A DNA stretch of 64,000 nucleotides from Acidimicrobiales bacterium (GCA_024638845.1 JAHEJN010000001.1:84344-148343), one strand, 5' to 3'; positions 12,414 through 21,761 are shown, counted from the first letter of the stretch. Notes: a model not told the origin generated them from the sequence alone. A program made the numbers and translations.

Positions 12414-12751
12414 TCGGTGCGATTCGGACGCGTTCGACCTTCCTGCGCCTCCGATCCGATGCCGTTCGCGTTCGTCATGGCTGGCTCCAGATCGCCCATC
12501 TCTCGCCCACCGACGGCGACCACATCGGGCTTGCCTTCGCGCTCACCCGGCAGGTCGGCACGGCGGTGCGCCGGAATCGGATCCGGCGCCAGATCCGGCA
12601 CGTCTTCGCCGATCTGGTCCGGGCCGAGAACCCGCTCGTCGTTCCCGGGGACTACCTCGTGACCGTCCGTGACCCGCGACCCGACATGGCCCACGACGAG
12701 GTCGCCGCGGCGGTCATCGGTGCGCTCGAGCGGCTCGAGGCCCGACGATGA
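12410..12751 (+). CDS. rnpA: Ribonuclease P protein component
   Basis: The core is [13 protein letters not shown]...[28 protein letters not shown] (RNR motif). No in-frame ATG, GTG or TTG lies near the conserved N-terminus. The start is provisionally CTG 12410, with ATC 12413 or ATT 12422 as alternatives, overlapping the rpmH stop. Confidence 0.8.
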   Translation: MIGAIRTRSTFLRLRSDAVRVRHGWLQIAHLSPTDGDHIGLAFALTRQVGTAVRRNRIRRQIRHVFADLVRAENPLVVPGDYLVTVRDPRPDMAHDEVAAAVIGALERLEARR

Positions 12752-13029
12752 GATCGCCGCTCGCGTGGGTGTTCGATCGCGGTATCGCGCTGTATCAGGT
12801 TGCCCGAGCCGGACGACCCTCTCCGTGTCGCCATGTGCCGACGTGTTCGGTCTATGGCCGCGAGGCGATCGCCAACCACGGCGCGCTCAAGGGCGGGTGG
12901 TTGACCCTGCGACGAATCGGACGCTGCAATCCGTGGGGATCCGAGGGGTATGACCCCGTTCCCCCGGTCCGGGTACGTACCTCGGCCCCGTCCTCCCTAT
13001 CGGCTGACCCTTGGTGTGGTGACTCATGA
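12748..13029 (+). CDS. yidD: Membrane protein insertion efficiency factor YidD
   Basis: 93 aa with the motif [37 protein letters not shown]. It has a 4-nt overlap with rnpA and with yidC. Confidence 0.88.
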   Translation: MRSPLAWVFDRGIALYQVARAGRPSPCRHVPTCSVYGREAIANHGALKGGWLTLRRIGRCNPWGSEGYDPVPPVRVRTSAPSSLSADPWCGDS

Positions 13030-14213
13030 CCAGCGTTCTCGACGGCCTGTTCGACTTTCTCGCCACGCTCCTGAACTTCTTCTACGGCCTGTGGCCCACC
13101 AGTATCAACTACGGCATGGCCATCGTCATGCTCACCTTGGTGGTGTTGCTGGTCTCGGCTCCCCTCACCTTCAAGCAGACCAAGTCGATGATCGCCATGC
13201 AGCGGCTGCAGCCCGAGGTCAAGGCCCTCCAGGCCCAGCATCGGGACGATCGCGAGCGACTGAATCAGGAGATGATGGCGCTCTACCAGGCCCACGGGGT
13301 CAACCCGCTGGGTGGCTGTCTGCCCATGCTGGTGCAGTTGCCGCTGTTCCTGGTGTTGTTCAACGTCGTCCGGGGGATCACCCGGCGCCTCACCGAGACC
13401 GGATTGGGCATCGGCTCGGCCGGCTTTGCCCGCGGGTTCGAGTCGGTCGCCCTGACCGAGGGCCGGCCTACCGGCTTCTCGGCCATTCCGGTGAGCGACT
13501 TCGCCCCCCGCGACTTCAATCCCGCCTATCTCGATCAGTCCGACGAGATGTACCGCGACCTCACCGCCAACAACGAGATGGTGTCGTTCGGGTTCGACCT
13601 GTCACGATCGGCTCGTCAGGTCGTCGGCGACGGCATCGCCACATCGTGGCCCTACTTCTTGATCATCATCATCGTGTTCATCACCTCGTTGGTCCAGCAA
13701 CGCCAGATCAGAGGCCGACGAGACGAGCACGCGGCCGTGAACAGCCAACAAGAGATGATCATGAAGATCCTGCCCTTCATGTTGCCCGTGTTCTCGTTCA
13801 CCTTCGCCGCCGCCGTCACGCTGTACTTCGTGGTGTCGAACCTGTTCCGGGTCGGTCAGCAGTCCCTGATCACCCGTCAGTTCTACAGCGATGAGGCCAA
13901 GGCCGCCTCAGAGGCCAAGGTGGCCGAGATCAAGGCGAAGCGCTCATCGGGCGAGGCAACGCCGTCGCCGCAGAAGACCAAGGCCGCGCCGGACAAGAAG
14001 TCCGCCTCGGGCGGTTCGAGAAGCGCCCACGGAAGTCGTCGACCGACCAGCCGTCCGCCTCGTAAACGGCGAGCCAACGATCCCAAGAACCGCCCGAGTC
14101 CCGCGAAGTCGTCGAGCTCGGGCGACAAGCCCGTCAAACCCCAGAAGAAGTCGTCCGGTCGAGTCACGCCCAAGAACGAACCCAACTCGACCCGCCGGCG
14201 GAGAGGAAAATAG
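13026..14213 (+). CDS. yidC: Membrane protein insertase YidC with a long basic C-terminal tail
   Basis: 395 aa. The YidC/Oxa1 core includes [12 protein letters not shown]...[22 protein letters not shown]. The C-terminus is K/R/S/P-rich. Confidence 0.9.
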   Translation: MTSVLDGLFDFLATLLNFFYGLWPTSINYGMAIVMLTLVVLLVSAPLTFKQTKSMIAMQRLQPEVKALQAQHRDDRERLNQEMMALYQAHGVNPLGGCLPMLVQLPLFLVLFNVVRGITRRLTETGLGIGSAGFARGFESVALTEGRPTGFSAIPVSDFAPRDFNPAYLDQSDEMYRDLTANNEMVSFGFDLSRSARQVVGDGIATSWPYFLIIIIVFITSLVQQRQIRGRRDEHAAVNSQQEMIMKILPFMLPVFSFTFAAAVTLYFVVSNLFRVGQQSLITRQFYSDEAKAASEAKVAEIKAKRSSGEATPSPQKTKAAPDKKSASGGSRSAHGSRRPTSRPPRKRRANDPKNRPSPAKSSSSGDKPVKPQKKSSGRVTPKNEPNSTRRRRGK

Positions 14214-14215
14214 TC

Positions 14216-15157
14216 ATGGAATGGGTCGAAACCACCGGAGAGACCATCGAGGAGGCCCGACGACATGCGTTGGATGCCCTCGGCGTCCCGTTCGACGATG
14301 CCGAGATCGAGGTGCTCGAAGAAGCGAAGTCGTCCATGTTCGGGTTGCGCAAGTCGACAGCCCGAGTGCGGGCACGGGTCCGACCCGTCCAACCACGCGC
14401 CAAGGCCGAGCGACGGGATCGCTCGCGGCGCAAGAGCGGCGGCGACCGATCGGGTCGCAACGACAAAAGCGGCCGCAAGAAGGGCGATGGCTCGGAGCGC
14501 GGCGGTCGTGGTGAGCGAGCGCGCGGAGCGACCGGAAAGACCGGAAAGGCGGCCGGAGGCTCCGATGACCCCCGGGCTTCCTCCCCGAAATCGAGCTCGA
14601 GCGACCAGAAACCAGCGAAGAAACCGAAGAACGGTGCCGATGCGCCGCAGAAGGAGCAGGCTCCGATGACCGATGACAACGACGAGATCATGGACGCCGC
14701 CGGCCAGGCTGCGGTGGTCGAGGAATTCCTCGAGGGGCTGCTGGAGGCCTTCGATGCCGACGGCGATCTCGAATCGGTGGCGCTCGACGAGGAAACCTAC
14801 GAGGTCCGGGCCCACGGTGGCGAGCTGGGGCTGCTCATCGGTCCCAAGGGGGCGACGATGCAGGCAATCCAGGACATCGCTCGTACCGCTGTCCAGCAGG
14901 TGGCCGACGGTCAGCTGACCGGTCGGGTCCACATCGACATCGGTGGCTACCGCAACAAGCGTCGCGCCGCGCTGGCCGAATTCGCCACGCGTTTGGCCGA
15001 GTCGGTACGAGAGAGCGGCCAGCCCAAGGTGCTCGAACCCATGCCGGCCACCGACCGCAAGGTCATCCACGACGCGGTGGCCGAGCTCGATGGGGTCATC
15101 TCGACGTCAGAAGGCTACGACGACCGGCGCCACATCGTGTTGGCTCCCTCCGACTGA
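14216..15157 (+). CDS. jag: Jag/KhpB-family RNA-binding protein (Jag_N, KH and R3H domains) with a long basic low-complexity insert
   Basis: It has N-terminal MEWVETTGETIEEARRHALDALGV, a KH-like GPKGATMQAIQ and an R3H end LEPMPATDRKVIHDAV...DDRRHIVL. Confidence 0.85.
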   Translation: MEWVETTGETIEEARRHALDALGVPFDDAEIEVLEEAKSSMFGLRKSTARVRARVRPVQPRAKAERRDRSRRKSGGDRSGRNDKSGRKKGDGSERGGRGERARGATGKTGKAAGGSDDPRASSPKSSSSDQKPAKKPKNGADAPQKEQAPMTDDNDEIMDAAGQAAVVEEFLEGLLEAFDADGDLESVALDEETYEVRAHGGELGLLIGPKGATMQAIQDIARTAVQQVADGQLTGRVHIDIGGYRNKRRAALAEFATRLAESVRESGQPKVLEPMPATDRKVIHDAVAELDGVISTSEGYDDRRHIVLAPSD

Positions 15158-15162
15158 CGGCG

Positions 15163-15798
15163 ATGGACCCGGAGGCGAGCGATGCGCCTCCACCGAAGAT
15201 CTCCACTGCGCTCCGCCGCGAGCTCGAGTCCTCCCAGGAACTGGGGCTGATCGGGCCGTCGTCCATCGACGACCATATCCGCCACGCCCTCGGCTATCAC
15301 GCCGCGATCGGGACAACACCCGGCGCGGTCGCCGATCTCGGCTCGGGCGGAGGGATTCCTGCGCTGGTGTTGGCCGAGCAATGGCCCGACTGCGAGTTCA
15401 CCCTCATCGACGCCCGGGAACGGGTCATCGCCCGCCTCGACGTGATGGTCGCCCGCCTCGGATGGAACGATCGCGTGACCCTGTGGCTCGGGCCTGCGGA
15501 GACAGCCGGACACGCCGCCGACCTGCGGAGCGGCTTCGACGTGGTCACCGCCCGAGGCTTCGGCCCACCGCCGATGACCGCGGAGTGTGGGGCACCGTTG
15601 CTGCGGTTGGGAGGGACGCTGGTCGTGAGCGAGCCCCCGACCACCGCGTTGCGTTGGCCCGCCGCCTCGATCATGTCGCTCGGCCTGCGCCACACCGATC
15701 GGGCCACTGGCCCCTACGTGGTCATGGAGCTGGTCGCGCCGTGCCCATCACGGTTTCCCCGTCGTCGGGGGCTCCCCCGGAAGATGCCGCTCTGGTAG
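15163..15798 (+). CDS. rsmG: 16S rRNA (guanine527-N7)-methyltransferase RsmG (GidB)
   Basis: 211 aa with the SAM motif ADLGSGGGIPALVLA. It occupies the conserved position upstream of parA. Confidence 0.9.
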   Translation: MDPEASDAPPPKISTALRRELESSQELGLIGPSSIDDHIRHALGYHAAIGTTPGAVADLGSGGGIPALVLAEQWPDCEFTLIDARERVIARLDVMVARLGWNDRVTLWLGPAETAGHAADLRSGFDVVTARGFGPPPMTAECGAPLLRLGGTLVVSEPPTTALRWPAASIMSLGLRHTDRATGPYVVMELVAPCPSRFPRRRGLPRKMPLW

Positions 15799-15799
15799 A

Positions 15800-15815
15800 C
15801 GTTTCACGTGAAACC
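15800..15815. promoter_or_regulatory. parS site (14/16 match to TGTTTCACGTGAAACA)
   Basis: The sequence is CGTTTCACGTGAAACC, with a perfect palindromic core GTTTCACGTGAAAC at 15801-15814. It lies 2 nt after the rsmG stop. Confidence 0.85.
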
Positions 15816-15847
15816 ATCGAACGATCGGTGCGGGAATCGCCGGGAGA

Positions 15848-15863
15848 TGTTTCACGTGAAACA
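15848..15863. promoter_or_regulatory. parS site (perfect 16-mer consensus)
   Basis: TGTTTCACGTGAAACA is read directly from the sequence. It is 48 bp from the first site and about 115 bp upstream of parA. Confidence 0.95.
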
Positions 15864-15979
15864 TCGTCACCGGAGGGCCGGGACCATCAAGGAATCGAGA
15901 TCGGCCACGGGGTAGGATCCTTGACCGTGTCACGCGAGCTCAACAGGATGCGCGCCGACGGCGCGGCCGAAAGGGGATC

Positions 15980-16846
15980 ATGGTGAGTGTCACCGAGGGC
16001 CGGAAGCCCGAACTCGACACGGCGGATCCCGTGGTGAGCGAACAGATCGCGGCCCAGCCGTCCGAAACCAGGCCCGAGCTGCCACGCGTCATCGCCATCG
16101 CCAACCAGAAGGGCGGGGTGGGCAAGACCACGACGACGATCAACCTCGGCGCGGCGCTGGCCGAGCTCGACTTCCGGGTGTTGATCATCGATCTCGACCC
16201 GCAGGCCAATGCGTCGACCGGTCTCGGTCTGGATCCTCGCACCCTCACCTCGGCGATGTACGACGTGCTGCTACGGGACGTTCCCCTCGACGAGGTGATC
16301 GAGTCGACCGAGATGAAGAACCTCTTCGTCGGCCCATCCAGCCTCGATCTCGCCGGCGCCGAGATCGAGCTGGTGCCCGCGTTCTCCCGCGAGCGCAAGC
16401 TACGTCTCGCGGTCGACGAGGTGATCGACGATTACGACTACGTGCTCATCGACTGTCCGCCGTCACTGGGCCTGATCACCATCAATGGTCTCACCGCCGC
16501 CCGAGAAGTGCTGGTCCCGATCCAGTGCGAGTACTACGCGCTCGAAGGGTTGGGACAACTCCTGCGCAACATCGATCTCGTGCGGCGGAACCTCAATCCC
16601 GACCTACACCTGTCCACGATCGTCCTGGTGATGTACGACGCCCGCACCAAACTCTCGGCCCAAGTGTCCGACGAGGTCCGACAGCACTTCGGGGCCAAGG
16701 TCTGTCGTCAGGTCGTTCCCCGTTCGGTCCGGCTGTCGGAGGCCCCGTCGTTCGGGCAGCCCATCACGGTGTTCGACAGCACCTCGCGAGGGGCGATCGC
16801 CTATCGGGGCATAGCGGAGGAGGTGTCGGGTGGCCGCGCGACGTAG
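15980..16846 (+). CDS. parA: Chromosome partitioning ATPase ParA (Soj)
   Basis: 288 aa with the deviant Walker A ANQKGGVGKTTTTINLG. Confidence 0.93.
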   Translation: MVSVTEGRKPELDTADPVVSEQIAAQPSETRPELPRVIAIANQKGGVGKTTTTINLGAALAELDFRVLIIDLDPQANASTGLGLDPRTLTSAMYDVLLRDVPLDEVIESTEMKNLFVGPSSLDLAGAEIELVPAFSRERKLRLAVDEVIDDYDYVLIDCPPSLGLITINGLTAAREVLVPIQCEYYALEGLGQLLRNIDLVRRNLNPDLHLSTIVLVMYDARTKLSAQVSDEVRQHFGAKVCRQVVPRSVRLSEAPSFGQPITVFDSTSRGAIAYRGIAEEVSGGRAT

Positions 16847-17759
16847 CGGGCTCGGCCGGGGTCTCGGAGCACTCATTCCCGGTGATGTTGCCGAGGGCGA
16901 CGACGTACCGACCCAGTCGAGTGGCGCCGCGTATCGCGAGCTTCCGATCTCGGCCATCAGCCCCAATCGCCGGCAACCGCGTGACACCTTCGATGCCGCC
17001 AGTCTGGAGGTGCTGGCCGCTTCCATCGCCGAGATCGGGGTCCTTCAGCCGATTCTGGTCAGAACCACCGGGAGTGACACCTACGAACTGGTCGCCGGAG
17101 AGCGACGGTGGCGCGCGGCGCAGGTGGTCGGATTGGCCACCATCCCGGCGCTCGTGCGCGAGGTGGGGGACCAGGGCGCGCTCGAACAGGCCATCGTCGA
17201 GAACCTGCATCGCAGTGATCTGAATCCCCTCGAGGAAGCAGCCGGGTATCAGCACCTCATCGACGAGTTCGGGCTCACCCAGGACGCTGTCGCGAACCGA
17301 GTGGGCCGCAGTCGGTCCGCGGTCACGAATCTCCTGCGGTTGTTCCAGTTGGCTCCTGCCGTGCAGGGTCTGTTGGCCGACGGTGAACTGAGCGCGGGCC
17401 ACGGCCGGGCCCTCTTGGCGATCGAGGATCCGGCCCGGCAGCTGCAACTCGCACGCCTCGCGGTGCGCGAAGGGATGTCGGTTCGGGAGCTGGAGCGCCG
17501 GGTGAAGGGCGACGATGACGCCGCGAGCACCGATGCGGTCCGCCGATCCGGGTCGCGATCGAAGGGTGAAGGGCGCGGCGACGCTGATCGTCCGGTCGCG
17601 CTGCTCGAGCTCGAACGGCTCCTCGAAGACCACCTCCAGACCAAGGTCGAGGTGGTCATCGGCGCGGGAAAGGGCCGGATTTCCATCGATTTCGCCGATC
17701 TCGACGACCTCGAACGCATCTATCTAGCGATGGTCGACGGTTCTCCGAACCCGGAATAG
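16830..17759 (+). CDS. parB: Chromosome partitioning protein ParB (Spo0J)
   Basis: 309 aa with the ParB box GERRWRAA and an HTH region GLTQDAVANRVGRSRSAVTN. It overlaps the parA end. Confidence 0.93.
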   Translation: MAARRSGLGRGLGALIPGDVAEGDDVPTQSSGAAYRELPISAISPNRRQPRDTFDAASLEVLAASIAEIGVLQPILVRTTGSDTYELVAGERRWRAAQVVGLATIPALVREVGDQGALEQAIVENLHRSDLNPLEEAAGYQHLIDEFGLTQDAVANRVGRSRSAVTNLLRLFQLAPAVQGLLADGELSAGHGRALLAIEDPARQLQLARLAVREGMSVRELERRVKGDDDAASTDAVRRSGSRSKGEGRGDADRPVALLELERLLEDHLQTKVEVVIGAGKGRISIDFADLDDLERIYLAMVDGSPNPE

Positions 17760-17897
17760 CCAAACCCTGAGGTGGTGGATTAGGGTAGCGCGTCCCTGGA
17801 CTCGACCTTGATTGTCCACACCTGTGGGTAAACCTGTGCGTAGCTGCTCACGAGAGGTGGCAAATCCGCTGCTCTTCGTGACGATCCGTGGCGGTTT

Positions 17898-18875
17898 TCA
17901 ATCCGAGAGCGGCCGCTGCAGCCACTCGACGACCGCGTCGCCCAGGGCCAGGGCGAGGGGTTCGCCGAGGTCGGCAACGGTGTCGCTGGGCCCGATTCGA
18001 CACGCCACCGCCGGCATGCGCGTCTCGCGTAGCACCGAGAGCCGCATTCCTCGGGGCGGCCCCACCGCGATCCCATATTTTGACACTTCTCGTGACAGAA
18101 GTGCGGCGAGGGTGCGGCCGCCACTCGACTCGTAGCCGTCGGTGGCGAAATAGGCGATGTGGCCGTCGCCGTCGGACGCCACCAGCCCCACATAGGCGGC
18201 GGCGTCGTGCTCGTTGGCGGCGGCGGCGTGGGTCGATCCGTCAGGGTGGTGGACGATGGCGACGTCGAGACCTCGCTCGGCCAGCGTGCGACCGAGCGTC
18301 TCGGTGAGCGCGCCGAGGTCGCCCAGATCACCGACCACCACCCGGGCGGGCGTGGTCGACAACACCGGTCGGAGAAGGCGCTCCCGTTCGCGAACGCTGG
18401 CCACCGAGGGCTGACCGGTGCGAGGGCCAACCCTCAACAGTTCGATGATGGTGTCGCGGCCACACACGTTGTCGACGGGAACGCCGACGTTCTGCTGGAA
18501 CTCACCCACCGCCCGCGCCGAGTCGGGACCGAAGATGCCGTCGATGCGGCCCGCGTCGAAGCCGAGCGATCCGAGGCGCCGCTGGAGCTCGGCGACGTCT
18601 TCACCCCGCAGCATCGGTTGACGGAGGTAGAGCGGGCGCTCACCGAAACCGAAATCAGCCTCGAGCAGCGCCGTCCAGGTCTGGAAGCCGCATATCCCGT
18701 CGGGGAGAAGGCCCCGGCTGGTCTGGAACGCCAGCACCTGGGCCTTCGTCTCGGCACCGAAGACATGGCGGTGGTCCGCGGTCGTGATGAAGCCCACCCG
18801 ACCGAGGCGTCGACGCAGTTGGTGGACGGCATCACCGGAATCGCCCTCGTGTAGCGGAAGTCCTTCGATGGAAAT
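17898..18875 (-). CDS. cwlM: CwlM-like protein: two PG_binding_1 domains plus an N-acetylmuramoyl-L-alanine amidase (Amidase_3) domain
   Basis: PG-binding repeats are GDSGDAVHQLRRRLG...LLPDGICGFQTW and GEDVAELQRRLGSLGF...IDGIFGP. The amidase-like C-terminus is LSVLRETRMPAVACRIG. The proposed start is ATT 18875, preceded by AGGAG at 7-nt spacing (see findings). The ORF track extends to 19064, inside trxA. Confidence 0.78.
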   Translation of the reverse strand: MSIEGLPLHEGDSGDAVHQLRRRLGRVGFITTADHRHVFGAETKAQVLAFQTSRGLLPDGICGFQTWTALLEADFGFGERPLYLRQPMLRGEDVAELQRRLGSLGFDAGRIDGIFGPDSARAVGEFQQNVGVPVDNVCGRDTIIELLRVGPRTGQPSVASVRERERLLRPVLSTTPARVVVGDLGDLGALTETLGRTLAERGLDVAIVHHPDGSTHAAAANEHDAAAYVGLVASDGDGHIAYFATDGYESSGGRTLAALLSREVSKYGIAVGPPRGMRLSVLRETRMPAVACRIGPSDTVADLGEPLALALGDAVVEWLQRPLSD

Positions 18876-18987
18876 CGGACTGCTCCTGATCGACCCGTTC
18901 GGTTGGCGTCGGTCACGGTAACAGCAAACCCCCGAGCCCGAGCTCGGGTGTATGCCCAGTGGGGCCGATGATCGCCGGGGGAGGAGG

Positions 18988-19317
18988 TCAGCCGATGAAC
19001 TCACCGAGATCGTCGAGGAGCGCGGCCTTGCCTTTGGCGCCCACCATGCGCTTGGCCGGAGCACCCTCGTTGAACACGATCAGCGTGGGAATGCTCATGA
19101 CCTCGAAGCGGCGGGCGATGTCGGGGGCGTCGTCGACGTTCACCTTGGCAATGGCGACCTGACCGTCGAGCTCGCCGGCCAGTTCCTCGAGAACCGGAGC
19201 GATCATCTTGCACGGTCCGCACCACTCGGCCCAGAAGTCGACGAGCACCGGACCGGCCGCGCGGCCGATCTCCTCGTCGAAGGTATCGGTCGTGAGATGA
19301 GTGATGCCTTCGGCCAT
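18988..19317 (-). CDS. trxA: Thioredoxin
   Basis: It carries the active site WAEWCGPCK. I moved the start to ATG 19317 (MAEGITHLTTDTFDEEI), giving 109 aa. Confidence 0.93.
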   Translation of the reverse strand: MAEGITHLTTDTFDEEIGRAAGPVLVDFWAEWCGPCKMIAPVLEELAGELDGQVAIAKVNVDDAPDIARRFEVMSIPTLIVFNEGAPAKRMVGAKGKAALLDDLGEFIG

Positions 19318-19434
19318 GATGTTCCTTCCGGGTTCAGCGGGTCGCCGAACGAGATCTGGTGCTGCAACGCTATCGGACGCCGAGCAGGTACGGCAGGGCA
19401 AACCCGACCTGTCGGGTCGGTATTCCCGGCCGGT

Positions 19435-20400
19435 TCAGTCCTCGTTGGCCTCGAGCCATCGTTCGGCATCGATGGCGGCCTGACAGCCCGATCCCGCTGC
19501 CGTGATCGCCTGACGGTAGTAGTCGTCCTGGACGTCGCCGCAGGCGAACACCCCGTCGATCAACGTGCGACTCGAGTCGGGCTCGGTGAGGAGGTAGCCG
19601 TTGTCCTTCAGTGGAAGCTGGCCGTCGAAGAGCCACGTGTTCGGCTTGTGGCCGATGGCGACGAAGACGCCGGCGAAGGAGAGCTCTTCACGCTCGCCGG
19701 TGCTGGTGTCCTCGACCACCACACCCGACAGCTTGGTGTCGCCGCAGTACTCGACGACCCGGCTGTTCCAGCGGAACTCGATCTTCGGGTTGGCGAAGGC
19801 GCGATCCTGCATGATCTTGCTGGCACGTAGCTCGTCGCGACGATGGATGACCGTGACCTTCGACGCGAACTTGGTGAGGAAGATCGCCTCCTCGAGCGCC
19901 GAGTCGCCACCGCCGACCACGGCGATCTCGAGGTCTCGGAAGAAGAACCCGTCGCAGGTGGCACAGGTGGACAGGCCGTGCCCGACCAGTTCGTTCTCGT
20001 TGGGCAGCCCGAGCATCAGCGACTGCGCCCCCGTGGAGATGATGATGGTCTCGCCTCGATACGTGGGCTCGGATGCTTCGGGGTCGCCGACCCATACGCC
20101 GAACGGCCGACTCGAAAGATCGACCCTCGATGCTCTCACCGTGACCAGCTCTGCGCCGAAGCGCTGGGCCTGGTCGCGAAACATCTGCATCAGCTCGGGG
20201 CCCATCACGCCGTCGGGAAACCCGGGGTAGTTCTCGACATCGGTCGTCAACATCAGCTGACCGCCGGGTTGATCGCTCGTCGACGACGGCTCGCCCTCGA
20301 GCACGAGCGGCTCGAGATTGGCCCGGGCGGCATAGATGGCGGCGGTGAGCCCCGCGGGACCCGACCCGATGATGATCGTCTTGTGGGCGTCGACAGACAT
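19435..20400 (-). CDS. trxB: Thioredoxin-disulfide reductase
   Basis: It has the FAD motif IIIGSGPAGLTAAIYAAR, redox-active CATCDG and the NADPH motif VVGGGDSALEEA. I moved the start to ATG 20400 (MSVDAHKT...). Confidence 0.95.
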   Translation of the reverse strand: MSVDAHKTIIIGSGPAGLTAAIYAARANLEPLVLEGEPSSTSDQPGGQLMLTTDVENYPGFPDGVMGPELMQMFRDQAQRFGAELVTVRASRVDLSSRPFGVWVGDPEASEPTYRGETIIISTGAQSLMLGLPNENELVGHGLSTCATCDGFFFRDLEIAVVGGGDSALEEAIFLTKFASKVTVIHRRDELRASKIMQDRAFANPKIEFRWNSRVVEYCGDTKLSGVVVEDTSTGEREELSFAGVFVAIGHKPNTWLFDGQLPLKDNGYLLTEPDSSRTLIDGVFACGDVQDDYYRQAITAAGSGCQAAIDAERWLEANED

Positions 20401-20461
20401 GACGGCGAACTCCTGGCAGCGATGACGGTGTGAGGGGGGAACCCGGGGGCTACTCCCGAGG

Positions 20462-20809
20462 TCAGCCGGCTGCGCCTCGGGGGCGCCGACTCCAGCACAG
20501 AACGCCGGCCAGCGTGAACACGACCCCAATGACGAGATAGATCGGCCCCGTCGAGCCGGGGAAGATCTCGTTGAGACCGCGTACCGATGCGGCCGTCACC
20601 AGCACCAGCGCAACGGGCAACAGCAGGAAGATGATCAAGCCGTAGACCACGGTTCGGGCAATTCCGATGGCGGGCCCGGAGGTCTTCACCCGGACACTGT
20701 CGATGAGGTCGACGATCTTGGTGGTGGCCTGCTCGGGCCAATCGGGTGGTAGGCCGGGGATGCCGGCGCCACTCGGGCGTTCGATCTCGGAGGGTTCTGT
20801 GCTCGACAT
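20462..20809 (-). CDS. Hypothetical membrane protein (2 predicted TM helices)
   Basis: 115 aa with hydrophobic segments VVYGLIIFLLLPVALVLVTAA and IYLVIGVVFTLAGVLCW. I recognised no family motif. Confidence 0.5.
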   Translation of the reverse strand: MSSTEPSEIERPSGAGIPGLPPDWPEQATTKIVDLIDSVRVKTSGPAIGIARTVVYGLIIFLLLPVALVLVTAASVRGLNEIFPGSTGPIYLVIGVVFTLAGVLCWSRRPRGAAG

Positions 20810-20852
20810 GGCGGCAGCCTATCGTCGGAGTGCCCGAGGATGCCGAGTCGAC

Positions 20853-21761
20853 CTACAGGCCGATGAGCGAGACCGGTGTACACGCCGGGGCGTCGAGCTC
20901 GAAGATCGCGACGACCCGGATGTCGGGATCATCGGGCGCCGGGAAGGCGACGGCGCCCACGTCGATGCCGTTCAGCATCGTCTCGGTGACTCCGAGGATT
21001 TCGTTCTCGAGCCCGTCGATGTACGCGACCGTGCATGCAGGCAACGGAGCCTCTGCGTCGAAGTCGTCGGCACCGGTTCGGTCGGTCGCGTCGATCGCGT
21101 CGAGCAGGGCCTCGGTCAGGGCGAGGGCATCGGCCTGCGGCTCGATGACGAACCGCACCAGCACGTCGCGCTCGGAGAGGGCGGCCGACTCCTCCTCGGC
21201 CGCCGGTGCCTCGGCGGCGGGCTCCGCGCTCTCGCCCATGGCTTCGTCGGCCATCATCTCGGGCTCGGCCGCCGGTTCGGCCGGGGCTTCCGCGGCCAGC
21301 TCCTCGGCCCGCGCACCGGCCTCGTCGTCGGCGGCGGCATCGGTCTCTGCGTCGGCGGCGGCATCGGTCTCTGCGGCGGCCGTGTCGGCCGAGGCGACCG
21401 TCTCGCTCTGGTTTCCAGAGTCGCGGTTCAACAGGACGAGGGACCCGGCCAACATGAACAAAGCGATGACCGCGGCGACCGAGGCGATACGCACAACGCG
21501 TGCCGATCGAGCCCGTCGAATCGAGAGCGAGGTGACGTTGGCGGCGGTACTCGACGCTCGGAGCGCGGCAGAAACGGCCTGGTCGCGATGGCCATCGGGT
21601 GAAGCACCGACCGGCGCAGCGACCGCATCCCGCACCGCCCGAAGGGTGACCGCACGGGCCGTGAGCTCGGCGGACCCCTCGACTCGCGCCACCTCGTCGA
21701 CGGTTGCTTCACCGTCGAGGTAGGCCGAGACGAGCTCGTCGAGAGTGGGGTCGTCGTTCAT
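20853..21761 (-). CDS. Single-pass anti-sigma factor with an acidic Ala-rich extracytoplasmic region
   Basis: Its start overlaps the sigma stop (ATGA). The N-terminus LVSAYLDGEATVDEVARVE resembles anti-sigma N-termini. The TM helix is VVRIASVAAVIALFMLAGSLVLL. It contains an in-frame 24-bp tandem duplication. Confidence 0.6.
   Translation of the reverse strand: MNDDPTLDELVSAYLDGEATVDEVARVEGSAELTARAVTLRAVRDAVAAPVGASPDGHRDQAVSAALRASSTAANVTSLSIRRARSARVVRIASVAAVIALFMLAGSLVLLNRDSGNQSETVASADTAAAETDAAADAETDAAADDEAGARAEELAAEAPAEPAAEPEMMADEAMGESAEPAAEAPAAEEESAALSERDVLVRFVIEPQADALALTEALLDAIDATDRTGADDFDAEAPLPACTVAYIDGLENEILGVTETMLNGIDVGAVAFPAPDDPDIRVVAIFELDAPACTPVSLIGL

Noticed and set aside
18061-18100. 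7-bp inverted repeat cacttct/agaagtg in a locally AT-richer patch
   Set aside because: It lies inside the cwlM coding sequence (…SREVSKYGIAV…). It is short and probably fortuitous.
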